In this document: piece by piece, positions 8,479 to 18,134 of the stretch
How positions within the stretch are numbered: position 1 is the first letter of the stretch
Layout: every line of letters starts with the position of its first letter
Source: an uncultured Verrucomicrobiota bacterium
GTDB taxonomy: Bacteria; Verrucomicrobiota; Verrucomicrobiia; Palsa-1439
Reading direction: 5' to 3'
DNA length: 64,000 nt
Assembly (NCBI GenBank): GCA_903847335.1
Contig: CAINDI010000143.1
Coordinates: forward strand, 9,946 to 73,945
Notes under the pieces: model-generated
Told to the model about the DNA's origin: nothing
What the model saw: the letters and a program-made list of their open reading frames with translations, nothing else
Database searches by the model: none
Program-made: the position numbers and the translations under genes

Positions 8479-10785
8479 TTAGCCAGCCCGTTCAACACTA
8501 AGCAAGCACACGTCATCGGTGAACTCACCGGTGGCGGAGTGCTGACGGGTGTCTGTCATTAGGTCGTCGAGTAATTTTCCACCGGCGCTACCGGTATGTT
8601 TTCGGACAGCAGCTAGAAGTTGATCTAGACCGAATTCTTGACCGGCGGCATCGGTGACTTCGTAAATTCCATCGGTGAATAACAAGAGCCGGTCGTTCAC
8701 CGCCAGCGTGGTTGTCGTTGCGGTGTAGGTGGCATCGCGCAATAGGCCGAGCACCGGTGAAGGTTTTGTGCCGGTGAGTCGTTCGACTTGACCGGTGGCG
8801 GCGCGAATAATTAGCGGTGCGGGATGACCGGCATTGGCTAGTTGTAAGCGGCCAGTCGTTGCGTCCAGCACGCCGTAGCAGGCCGTGGCGAAAACTGTCG
8901 CAGAAACTGACTTGAGGTTGCTCAGTAAGGCGTGGTTAATTTTGATGAGTAATTCCACCGGGTCATGCGCGACGCCGCGGTATTTATCCAGCATTCCACG
9001 CAAAATCGAAGTCACCAATGCGGCGCGGACGCCGTGCCCCATGACATCGCAAATCAGAATCCCGGCGGTGACATCGGAGAGGGGAATGATGTCGAAGAAA
9101 TCGCCGCCCAATGTCGAGGCCGGTAGGTACCGGTGCGCGAAATGCAATGAAGTCTGACCGGCTTTCGGAGCCATCGGGAATCGTGGATAATCTTGCCGGA
9201 TAAATGTCTGGTGAATTTCGCGGGCGAGATTTAAGTCCTCCTGAATTTCGTAGTTCTTGACACTGAGTTCGCTAGCATATTTTTCGAGTAAAGCTTCCGC
9301 GTGTTTGTGGTCGGTGATGTTGCGCGAAATTCCGAAGGTGCCGATAATCTTACCGGTGGTGTCGTACAAAGGTGCTTTGGTGCTGGAGACCCAGGTGACA
9401 CTGCCATCGGGCCAAGTTTCTTTCTCCTCGACGGCAACTATCGGTTGGCCGGTCGCGATAATGTGTTGTTCATCGGCGAGAGCTTGCTGGGCGTGCTCGT
9501 TGGTGAAACTGTCAAAATCTGTTTTGCCAACGAGAGCGGTGGGACTATCAGCCCCGGTACGTCGGGCTTTGCTCTGGTTGACGCGGAGGAAGCGACTTTC
9601 CAAATCCTTAAAATAGATATGGTCAGGCGACGCATCCATCAAGTTCTGCAAAAGGTCACGCTCCGCTCGTAGCTCCTGTGTGCGCTGCTCGACGGTGCCT
9701 TCCAGTAGAGCTCGTGAATGGGCAAGCTCTTCGCTCATCTGATTGAAGACTTGGCTGAGGTGACCGATTTCATCGGTGGATTCAACCGGCACATGCGCCG
9801 GCAATTGGCCTTTGGCAATTTGATCGGCCATCGTCGCCAGACGGCGAATGGGACGTGTGAACCGTCGTGCTAGCCAATATGCGGTGAGGATTCCCACCAA
9901 AAACACCACCACTTCAATACTGATAAATAACCGGCGCAAGATGTTGATTGGTTCGTACGCTTCCGCTTCGTCGATTTTTGTGACTAAGCCCCAATCCTGA
10001 TATCCCACCGGACGGTATGCTGCCAAAACTCGAATATCACGGTGGTCCGTCACCGACCGGCAGCCAATCTCTCCGTTCAATGCCGCCGCCATCGCCGGAG
10101 CCTTTGCCATCGCCACATCTGGAAGTGGTGATAGGAGGTAATCGATTTTCTCACCGGCAAGACGCGTGCCTAACATGATTTCACCAGTTCGCCCTAATCC
10201 GGTGCGATCCCGGAGTAAGCGCCGGAGTGGTTTTTGATCCGCCAACACAAACACCACGCCGACCACTCGGTTTGAATCACCCACTGCCGGAGCTGATAAA
10301 ATCGCCGCATCTTGGTGTAACTGATCCGGTAATAAAAAAAATGACGGAGCCTTTAGCCCGGCCACAAACTCTCGTGTTCCTGCCATCTCGCGTCCAACGT
10401 GCGCCGTGTCAGTCGCAATCCTCACGCGCCCCGTTAAATCCGCAATCCAAATCGCCTGCACTCCGGGGGTTAAGCGGTGGACATCTTCCAAGCTCTGGTG
10501 TGTGTCTAGCCGTAATTGCTCCGCTGGCGTTTCGCGATCCGCCAAATCACTGAGAAAATCCCGCAATAACTTCCGGCTTGCGATGAGCGCCCCGCGTTCC
10601 ATTTGCTGTTGGATATATCCGAGTACCAACTTCTGTCGATCGGACGCCATCACCGTCAATCGTTCTTTAATATGCTCGCGCAACAAATTGCGGGTAAAGC
10701 GATAACTCACCACGCTCAAGCCGCCCACCGCCAGCAGCAATAGCCCAGCCACCAACACCGTCAATTTCAGCCGAATCGAATTCAA
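8479..10785 (-). CDS. Membrane-bound sensor phosphatase: TM, HAMP, PAS, and a PP2C/SpoIIE (RsbU-like) serine phosphatase domain.
   Basis: Start reassigned to the TTG at 10785, which has a perfect AGGAG 6 nt upstream on the minus strand. The ORF-track ATG at 10857 would overlap recJ by 29 nt. The PP2C motifs include GDFFD and DVMGHG. Confidence 0.75.
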   Translation of the reverse strand: MNSIRLKLTVLVAGLLLLAVGGLSVVSYRFTRNLLREHIKERLTVMASDRQKLVLGYIQQQMERGALIASRKLLRDFLSDLADRETPAEQLRLDTHQSLEDVHRLTPGVQAIWIADLTGRVRIATDTAHVGREMAGTREFVAGLKAPSFFLLPDQLHQDAAILSAPAVGDSNRVVGVVFVLADQKPLRRLLRDRTGLGRTGEIMLGTRLAGEKIDYLLSPLPDVAMAKAPAMAAALNGEIGCRSVTDHRDIRVLAAYRPVGYQDWGLVTKIDEAEAYEPINILRRLFISIEVVVFLVGILTAYWLARRFTRPIRRLATMADQIAKGQLPAHVPVESTDEIGHLSQVFNQMSEELAHSRALLEGTVEQRTQELRAERDLLQNLMDASPDHIYFKDLESRFLRVNQSKARRTGADSPTALVGKTDFDSFTNEHAQQALADEQHIIATGQPIVAVEEKETWPDGSVTWVSSTKAPLYDTTGKIIGTFGISRNITDHKHAEALLEKYASELSVKNYEIQEDLNLAREIHQTFIRQDYPRFPMAPKAGQTSLHFAHRYLPASTLGGDFFDIIPLSDVTAGILICDVMGHGVRAALVTSILRGMLDKYRGVAHDPVELLIKINHALLSNLKSVSATVFATACYGVLDATTGRLQLANAGHPAPLIIRAATGQVERLTGTKPSPVLGLLRDATYTATTTTLAVNDRLLLFTDGIYEVTDAAGQEFGLDQLLAAVRKHTGSAGGKLLDDLMTDTRQHSATGEFTDDVCLLSVERAG

Positions 10786-10828
10786 AGTCGTTCTCCTACA
10801 ACACCGGCACAATAATCCCAATTCATCC

Positions 10829-12478
10829 TCAAAACAAAGCCGATTTTTCCCGCACATCCCGCACCGTCAACTGCAATTTCGCCACACCCCGAAACACATT
10901 CAGCTCCGGCACAAACACCAAATCCATTTCGCCTTCCGGCAATTTTGTTTCCGCGTGTCCCCACCAAATCGCTTCCGCCATCGCCGCGCCATCCGTCACC
11001 GTGAACTTCAAATGTTTCTCTTTCAATACACGCACTGCACCGCCCAAGCGCACCCCGGCTACCGCAAATACCGGTTGCGGGTTCTCCGACCCGCATGGCT
11101 CAAACTTTTCCAAGTTATCGAAAAAAGTATCATCCAACTCTACCAGCTTCACCACCGCATCCACTCGCAGTATTGGCTCCGGCATCACACCCGCCAACTC
11201 ATTCAATCGCTTCCGTAACGCTGGTATTCTCTCCGGCAACACACTCAATCCCGCTGCCATCTCGTGACCGCCGTACCGGAGCAACAATTCCGCCACCGCC
11301 GTCAGCGCGCCGACTATTGAAAATCCCGTCACACTCCGGCACGAACCTTTTCCGTCTGCGCCAATCACCACCGTAGGTCGGTGAAACTGCTGCATCACTC
11401 GCGACGCCACAATTCCGATTACACCAGGATGCCACTCCGGCTTTGCCAACACCAAAATCCGGTCGTCACCAAGCTCACGCGCCTGCGCCAACGCCTCGCA
11501 TACGATTTTTTCCTCGAGTTTCTGCCGGTCCGCGTTATGCCCATCCAATAACTCCGCCAACTCCGTCGCGCGTTCGGCATTCTCCGTCAACAAAAGTTCC
11601 AACGCCGCCATCGCATCATCCAACCGGCCTGCTGCGTTCAGTCGCGGCCCCAACCGAAATCCGACGTGCGACTGTTTCACGATTCCGGTCACACCGGCGA
11701 CTTTCATTAGTGCGCGCAATCCGATTTTCTTTGTCACCGGTAACCGTTCCAACCCGGCTTTCACCAAAATCCGATTCTCTCCGGTCAACGGCACCAAATC
11801 CGCCACCGTTCCCAGCGCGACGAGGTCAAGCTGATCGCGCAAATCAACCTTCCAATGCCGGTTTAATTTCAGAAGTGCGTGCGCCAGTTTGAACGCCACG
11901 CCAACTGACGCCAGCGGTGCGCCACCGGTAACTCGTTTCGGATTTACCACCGCCACGCACGCCGGTAACTCCGCCGGTGGTTCGTGATGATCGAGCACAA
12001 TCACGTCAATCTTCAACCCGGCAATCTCCGCGACTGAACTCGTGCCGCAATCCACCGCGATAAGCAATTGCGGTCGGTATTTCTCGCAGCAGCGCGCCAA
12101 ACCTTCCACACTCAAGCCGTAACCTTCGTCTAATCGGTGTGGGAGAAAATTTTCGACATTCGCACCGGCAGCGCGCAACACATTTGCCAGCAATGCGCTC
12201 GACGTTACGCCATCCACATCATAGTCGCCATAGATGACAATGCGCTCCGATTTTTTTATCGCGGTTAGGATTCGTTCAACCGCCGGTAACATATCCGGTA
12301 AATCAAACGGGTCAGCGAGTTGCCGGAGTTGCGGCTGGAGAAATTGCCGGGCGGAAGTTTTGTCCCGGTAACCGCGATTCATCAACGCCTGCGCCAATGG
12401 TGCCGGGAGGTTGAGTTGCCGAGTGAGCGAGTCCCGCACCGCCGGTTCTGGCGGTGCGATGACCCAAAGTTTATTCAC
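10829..12478 (-). CDS. recJ: Single-stranded-DNA-specific 5'-3' exonuclease RecJ.
   Basis: 549 aa. DHH domain motifs present (GDYDVDGVTS; DHH in VIVLDHHEPP), plus a DHHA1 region. Confidence 0.9.
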   Translation of the reverse strand: MNKLWVIAPPEPAVRDSLTRQLNLPAPLAQALMNRGYRDKTSARQFLQPQLRQLADPFDLPDMLPAVERILTAIKKSERIVIYGDYDVDGVTSSALLANVLRAAGANVENFLPHRLDEGYGLSVEGLARCCEKYRPQLLIAVDCGTSSVAEIAGLKIDVIVLDHHEPPAELPACVAVVNPKRVTGGAPLASVGVAFKLAHALLKLNRHWKVDLRDQLDLVALGTVADLVPLTGENRILVKAGLERLPVTKKIGLRALMKVAGVTGIVKQSHVGFRLGPRLNAAGRLDDAMAALELLLTENAERATELAELLDGHNADRQKLEEKIVCEALAQARELGDDRILVLAKPEWHPGVIGIVASRVMQQFHRPTVVIGADGKGSCRSVTGFSIVGALTAVAELLLRYGGHEMAAGLSVLPERIPALRKRLNELAGVMPEPILRVDAVVKLVELDDTFFDNLEKFEPCGSENPQPVFAVAGVRLGGAVRVLKEKHLKFTVTDGAAMAEAIWWGHAETKLPEGEMDLVFVPELNVFRGVAKLQLTVRDVREKSALF

Positions 12479-12490
12479 AGCGTTGGCTGG

Positions 12491-14737
12491 TTACTTCTTC
12501 TCGTTGCGGTGATACCAGAGTACGCACGGACTGGCGATGTAGATGGAGCTGTAAGTGCCAGTCAGTACGCCGACGAGGAAGCAGAAGGCGAAATCGTTCA
12601 GCACGCGTCCGCCGAATCCATACAACGCCACCGAGCAGAGGAATACTGTGCCGGCGGTGAGAATCGTTCGCGACAAGGTTTCGTTGACACTGCGGTTGAT
12701 AAGGTCGAAGTAGTTGAGCTTGCCGCCGGTGAGTTTCCGGTTTTCACGAATCCGGTCGTAGACGACGATGGTGTCGTTAATGGAATAACCAATGAGTGTC
12801 AGCACCGCCGCGACCACCGGCATTGAGAATGTCCGGCCGGTCAAACAGAACCAGCCGACCGTCATCAAAACGTCGTGCAGCAGCGAGATGAGCGCGCCGA
12901 GGCCGTAGGAAAATTCGCCAAACCGAATCGCGATGTAAATCATGATGGCCAACAATGACACGCCCATGGCGATGAGCGCTTGCTGGAGCAATTCTTTGCC
13001 GACAATCGCGCCGACACGTTCGTTGCCGAGGATTTTGAATTGTGCCGCTGGGAATTTTCCCTGCAAATATTTAACGACGGCGTCGGTTTTGCCTTCTGGT
13101 AGCTTGAGTTCCAGCACTTCGGTGCCGCCGCCGAGCGGATGCTGATATTGAATGTAGGATTCGGCGTGACCGGCTTCGGTGAGACTGCTGCGAATGGCGT
13201 CGGCTTCGACGTGTTGCGCAAAACTCAATGTGACCGTGTCGCCGCCTTTGAAATCAATGCCATAGACTTCGCCTTTGCCGAGTTCGAAACCACCGCGTTT
13301 GACAAAGGTAATCATACCGGCGGCAATCAGCAGCCATGACAACAGGAACGCGATTTTCCAGACGCCGAGGAAATTGATGTGCGCGACGCTCTTGAAAATA
13401 TGGAGCATCTTGAATTCTTTCATGATGCCCTTCACTACGAGCCAATCGAAAATGACTCGCGTGACGAAGACGCCGGAGAACAAGTTCGCCAGCAAGCCGA
13501 TGACTAGCGTGACACCGAAACCTTTCACCGGACCACTGCCCATCCAAATCAAAATTACCGCCGTCAGAATTGCTGTAAAATGCGCGTCAAAAATCACGCG
13601 GAAAGCCCGCGAATATGCCGCAGAAATCGCAGCGCGGAGCGGTTTGTTGGCGGCGAGTTCTTCCCGAACGCGCTCGTAAATCAGCACGTTGGTATCCACC
13701 GCCATGCCGATGCTGAGCACGATACCGGCGATGCCGGGGAGGGTGAGGGTGAACTTGAACATCGCCAGCACGCCGACGGTAATCAGAATATTCAGCACCA
13801 ACGCCGCATTCGCGACCATGCCAGCCATCAAATAGTAAATCGCCATGAACGCGATGACGGCAATCGCGCCGTACAACGCTGAGCGAACGCCGCTATGAAT
13901 CGAATCCAAACCGAGCGATGGATCGACGCTGCGTTGTTCGAGAACTTTTACCGGCGCTTGCAATGGATTTTCCAGCACACTGGCCAGCCGTTGCGCTTCC
14001 GTGATGCTGAAGGTACCGGAGATTTGCGCGCGGCCACCGAGAATCGCATCTTGGATGACCGGTGCAGATTTAACTTCGCCGTCGAGGACGATAGCGAGTT
14101 GCCGGCCAACGTTGGCACCGGTGACGCGTCCGAAAATCGCCGCGCCTTCTTTATTGAAAGTTAGTGAAATATTTGGCCGGCCGATGTCGTCGTAGGTGAC
14201 GTAAGCGCGTTCGACGTATTTGCCGGTGAGACCTTGTTCTGGTTTGAATTTGCAGAAGAAATGCCGCGTCGCATCCCGGCCTTCCGCGCCTTTCACGCCT
14301 TGTGTCAAGTTCGTGTAGCCGAGCGGCGGATGGAAATACGGGCTGCCAGATTCGGCTTGGAACCGGTCGTTGTCGGCGTGAACGAGGAGGAATTCGAGAT
14401 AAGCGGTTTGCTCAATGGTCCGGCGGGCTTCGGCGCGGACATCTTCACTCAGTCCCGGTAACTGGATGAGGATTCGGTCTTCGCCGACGGATTGAATGAC
14501 CGGTTCGGAGACGCCGAATTGGTTGACGCGGCGTTCGAGAATTTCGATGGCTTGCCGGACAGCTTGGCCTTTCGCGCCGGTGTCAATCTGCGACAAATCC
14601 ATCTTCAGCAGGAATGACGTGCCGCCTTTGAGGTCGAGGCCGAGTTTAATTTTTTCCTGCGGCGGCCAGAACGAGTAGGCGGCGGCAAGGATGACGAAGG
14701 CGATGAGCGAGAACTTCCAAGGAAACGGTTTATTCAT
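12491..14737 (-). CDS. secDF: Fused protein-export membrane protein SecDF.
   Basis: 748 aa with two SecD/SecF 6-TM modules and periplasmic domains. Confidence 0.9.
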   Translation of the reverse strand: MNKPFPWKFSLIAFVILAAAYSFWPPQEKIKLGLDLKGGTSFLLKMDLSQIDTGAKGQAVRQAIEILERRVNQFGVSEPVIQSVGEDRILIQLPGLSEDVRAEARRTIEQTAYLEFLLVHADNDRFQAESGSPYFHPPLGYTNLTQGVKGAEGRDATRHFFCKFKPEQGLTGKYVERAYVTYDDIGRPNISLTFNKEGAAIFGRVTGANVGRQLAIVLDGEVKSAPVIQDAILGGRAQISGTFSITEAQRLASVLENPLQAPVKVLEQRSVDPSLGLDSIHSGVRSALYGAIAVIAFMAIYYLMAGMVANAALVLNILITVGVLAMFKFTLTLPGIAGIVLSIGMAVDTNVLIYERVREELAANKPLRAAISAAYSRAFRVIFDAHFTAILTAVILIWMGSGPVKGFGVTLVIGLLANLFSGVFVTRVIFDWLVVKGIMKEFKMLHIFKSVAHINFLGVWKIAFLLSWLLIAAGMITFVKRGGFELGKGEVYGIDFKGGDTVTLSFAQHVEADAIRSSLTEAGHAESYIQYQHPLGGGTEVLELKLPEGKTDAVVKYLQGKFPAAQFKILGNERVGAIVGKELLQQALIAMGVSLLAIMIYIAIRFGEFSYGLGALISLLHDVLMTVGWFCLTGRTFSMPVVAAVLTLIGYSINDTIVVYDRIRENRKLTGGKLNYFDLINRSVNETLSRTILTAGTVFLCSVALYGFGGRVLNDFAFCFLVGVLTGTYSSIYIASPCVLWYHRNEKK

Positions 14738-14749
14738 GGCGAGACCTGA

Positions 14750-15100
14750 TTAGTTTGTGGTGGCAACTGCGTCGTCACTTTTTTGCACGACAGTGGTGAC
14801 GGCGCTTTTGAGGACTTCAATTTTTACGTTGTCGGCAATTTTGACGATGAAGGTTTTATCTTTCGCATTGGCGATAATGCCGAAAATGCCGTTCGTCATC
14901 AGCACCTTGTCGCCGGTCTTGAGATTTTTCAGGAGGTTTTCCTGTTCTTTCTTCTGTTTCGATTGCGGGCGGATCATCATGAAATAAAACATCACACCCA
15001 GAATCGCAAACATCGCGATCATCTGAATCATCTGTGCCTTCGGATCCTGCTGAGTATCACCCGCCGGTCCGCCCATTGCCAATAAACTATGAATCATCAT
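14750..15100 (-). CDS. yajC: Preprotein translocase subunit YajC.
   Basis: Start moved to the internal MMIH (M23). Single TM segment and the conserved GDKVLMTNGIFGII core. The longer ORF-track start would overlap tgt by 80 nt. Confidence 0.8.
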   Translation of the reverse strand: MMIHSLLAMGGPAGDTQQDPKAQMIQMIAMFAILGVMFYFMMIRPQSKQKKEQENLLKNLKTGDKVLMTNGIFGIIANAKDKTFIVKIADNVKIEVLKSAVTTVVQKSDDAVATTN

Positions 15101-16211
15101 TTTCTGTATTCTCCGTGTAATGCGCGACAAACTCGCGCTGAAATTCACCGAAACTTCCCGCCACAATCGCCGTCCGTGCCCGGCGCATCAAATTCAAAAA
15201 CATATGCAGATTGTGCCACGTCAGCAGGCGCAATCCCAAAATCTCGTTCGCCCAAATCAAATGCCGCAAGTACGCCCGGCTGAACTTCCGGCACGCATAA
15301 CACTCGCAACCCGCTTCCAACGGCCCGAAATCTGTCCGGCACGCTGCGGCGCGAATCGAATACGAACCTTGCGCTGTGAACACTTTGCCGTGCCGCGCCG
15401 CCCGCGTCGGTAACACGCAATCAAACATATCCACACCGCGTGCCACCATTGCCAGCAGTTGCGGTGGCGTGCCGACGCCCATCACATACCGGGGTTTCTC
15501 CGCCGGTAAGAACGGCACGCTCATATCCACCTGCCGGAGCATTTCCACTTCCGGCTCGCCGACGCTCACGCCGCCGACGGCGTAACCGGGGAAATCCAGC
15601 GCCACGAGTTCGCGAGTGCATTTCTCCCGCAAATCTGCAAACACACTTCCCTGCACGATGCCAAAGAGCAATTGTCGTCCGTTACCGGTCTGTTCCCGGC
15701 AACGAGCCGCCCACTGTAAAGTCAGCGCCACGCTTCTGCAAGCGTATTCTCGGTCGCACGGCCAGGGCGGACATTCGTCAAACGCCATCGCAATATCGCT
15801 GCCCAGAATCGCCTGCGCTTCCATCGCTTCCACCGGACCTAAAAACAAGGTCGCGCCATCCACGTGCGATTGAAATTCCACGCCGGCCTCGCTGATTTTA
15901 CGGAGCTTGGCTAACGAGAAAACCTGATAACCGCCGCTATCGGTCAGAATTGGGCCGTCCCAATTCATGAATTTGTGTAGGCCACCGGCTTGCTTGATGA
16001 GATCGAGTCCCGGCCGCGTCATCAAATGGTAAGTGTTGCCGAGAATGATTTGCGCACCGAGCTGATGGAGTTCGTCCGGTGCCATGCACTTCACCGTGCC
16101 TTGCGTGCCGACCGGCATAAAGACCGGTGTTTCAATAATGCCGTGGGCGGTTTGCAGCTTACCGGCGCGCGCGGCGGAGTCGGTGGCTTCAATTTGAAAG
16201 TGGCCGGTCAT
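15087..16211 (-). CDS. tgt: Queuine tRNA-ribosyltransferase (tRNA-guanine transglycosylase).
   Basis: 374 aa. TGT-family motifs include [14 protein letters not shown] and [12 protein letters not shown], plus a zinc-site CCxCxxC. Confidence 0.9.
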   Translation of the reverse strand: MTGHFQIEATDSAARAGKLQTAHGIIETPVFMPVGTQGTVKCMAPDELHQLGAQIILGNTYHLMTRPGLDLIKQAGGLHKFMNWDGPILTDSGGYQVFSLAKLRKISEAGVEFQSHVDGATLFLGPVEAMEAQAILGSDIAMAFDECPPWPCDREYACRSVALTLQWAARCREQTGNGRQLLFGIVQGSVFADLREKCTRELVALDFPGYAVGGVSVGEPEVEMLRQVDMSVPFLPAEKPRYVMGVGTPPQLLAMVARGVDMFDCVLPTRAARHGKVFTAQGSYSIRAAACRTDFGPLEAGCECYACRKFSRAYLRHLIWANEILGLRLLTWHNLHMFLNLMRRARTAIVAGSFGEFQREFVAHYTENTENDDS

Positions 16212-16256
16212 GTGGCCGCCAAACTAATGATTGCCGGCGCGGAAAGCAAACTGAAC

Positions 16257-16285
16257 TTGATTCATGGCCAGTTCGCCGGTATAAG
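16257..16285 (+). promoter_or_regulatory. Candidate sigma70-type promoter for ilvB: TTGATT, 17-bp spacer, TATAAG.
   Basis: The -35 and -10 hexamers have 17-bp spacing and end about 12 nt upstream of the ilvB ATG. This implies a very short leader with no obvious Shine-Dalgarno sequence. Confidence 0.3.
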
Positions 16286-16297
16286 TTTGCCCCGAGT

Positions 16298-18127
16298 ATG
16301 AGCAAAGAACCGAAAACCAAAAGCCCGAAAACTATTACCGACAACGCCACCATGCGCGGGGCAGACATCGTCGTCCGTTGCCTCGAACGCGAAGGTGTCG
16401 ACGTGGTTTTTGCGTATCCCGGCGGCGCGAGCATGGAAATGCATCAAGCGGTGACTCGCTCGAAAAAGATTCGCACGATTTTGCCCCGGCACGAACAAGG
16501 CGGCGCATTCGCGGCCGGTGGTTACGCTCGTGCTTGCGGCAAGGCCGGTGTGGCGATTGCGACCAGCGGTCCCGGCGCGACGAATTTGGTGACCGGCGTG
16601 GCGGATGCGTATATGGATTCGGTGCCGATGGTGGTGATTACCGGTCAAGTGCCGCGCGCCATGATTGGTCGCGGCGCGTTTCAGGAAACCGATGTTTTCG
16701 GAATGTCGCTGCCGATGGTGAAACACAGCTATCTGGTGATGGATACGGCGGATTTGCCGCGAATTTTTCAAGAAGCATTTCATATTGCGACGACTGGCCG
16801 GCCCGGTCCGGTCTGGATTGATATTCCGAAAGACGTGCAGCAAGGTAATTGCGTGCCGGTGTTCCCGGATAAGCCAAGTCTGCGTGGCTACAATCCAAAT
16901 CTAAAAATTGATGATGCGACAGTCCAAAAGATTGCCGAGCTGATTGCGAAAAGTGAACGGCCGGTGATTTATTGCGGCGGCGGCATTATTTCCGCTGAAG
17001 CCAGTCAGGAACTCGTGGCGTTTGCTGAAAAAGCCAATATCCCGGTCACGACGACATTCATGGGTATTGGCGCGATTCCGGCGGAACATCCGTTGTCGAT
17101 GCGCTGGCTCGGAATGCACGGAACCGTCACGGCGAATTACGCTGTGGACAAAGCGGATTTACTACTTGCGTTCGGTGTGCGGTTTGATGATCGCGTGACC
17201 GGTAAGGTCAGCGAATTTTGCAAACACGGCACGATTGTTCATATCGACGTGGATCCGAGCGAACTGAATAAGAACAAAGTCGCGCAGGTGCCGGTGACCA
17301 GTGACATCAAGTACGCGCTCCAGCAACTCAACCGCGTGGTGCAAATCCAGCCGCGGCCGGCGTGGCACGCGCAGATTGCGGAGTGGAAAAAGAAATTCCC
17401 CTTTAGCTACCGGGTCACCGACGAAGTGTTGCGGAGTGAATATTTCAAAGAACTTCAGCACGGCGATACGAGCCAAATCATCATGCCGCAATACGTGATC
17501 GAATTGCTCAGCGAATTGACGCAAGGCGAAGCGATTATCACCACCGGTGTCGGTTTGCATCAGATGTGGGCCGGTCAGTTTTACAAGACCAAGCACCCAC
17601 GGCATTTTATTTCCTCCTCCGGTCTCGGCACGATGGGCTTTGGTTATCCGGCGGCGCTCGGTGCCAAAGTTGCCTGTCCGAACCAGCAGGTTGTGGATAT
17701 TGACGGCGACGGCTCATTTATGATGAACGTGCAGGAGTTGGCCACGGCGCACATCGAACATATCGCGGCAAAAGCCATCATTCTCAATAATCAGTATCTC
17801 GGCATGGTGGTGCAGTGGGAAGACCGATTTTATAAATCCAATCGCGGTCACACCTTCCTCGGTGATCCGCAGAACCGGCAAAAAGTTTATCCTGATTACG
17901 TCGCCATCAGCAAAGGTTTCAACGTGCCGGCGGAACGCGTCACCAAGAAAAGCGAATTGCGCGCCGCGCTTCAGCGGATGCTCGACTCGACAGAGCCGTA
18001 TCTTTTGGATGTCATCGTTCCGTACACCGAACACGTGTTACCGATGATTCCCGCCGGTAAGACTGTCCACGACATTATTATTGACCAAGGCACCGCCGCC
18101 AAGCTCGGCGACAATCTCGGTTTATGA
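16298..18127 (+). CDS. ilvB: Acetolactate synthase (acetohydroxy-acid synthase) large catalytic subunit; ThDP- and FAD-dependent.
   Basis: 609 aa. ALS signatures include [18 protein letters not shown] and [16 protein letters not shown]. No small regulatory subunit gene follows. Confidence 0.85.
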   Translation: MSKEPKTKSPKTITDNATMRGADIVVRCLEREGVDVVFAYPGGASMEMHQAVTRSKKIRTILPRHEQGGAFAAGGYARACGKAGVAIATSGPGATNLVTGVADAYMDSVPMVVITGQVPRAMIGRGAFQETDVFGMSLPMVKHSYLVMDTADLPRIFQEAFHIATTGRPGPVWIDIPKDVQQGNCVPVFPDKPSLRGYNPNLKIDDATVQKIAELIAKSERPVIYCGGGIISAEASQELVAFAEKANIPVTTTFMGIGAIPAEHPLSMRWLGMHGTVTANYAVDKADLLLAFGVRFDDRVTGKVSEFCKHGTIVHIDVDPSELNKNKVAQVPVTSDIKYALQQLNRVVQIQPRPAWHAQIAEWKKKFPFSYRVTDEVLRSEYFKELQHGDTSQIIMPQYVIELLSELTQGEAIITTGVGLHQMWAGQFYKTKHPRHFISSSGLGTMGFGYPAALGAKVACPNQQVVDIDGDGSFMMNVQELATAHIEHIAAKAIILNNQYLGMVVQWEDRFYKSNRGHTFLGDPQNRQKVYPDYVAISKGFNVPAERVTKKSELRAALQRMLDSTEPYLLDVIVPYTEHVLPMIPAGKTVHDIIIDQGTAAKLGDNLGL

Positions 18128-18134
18128 GCGACCA

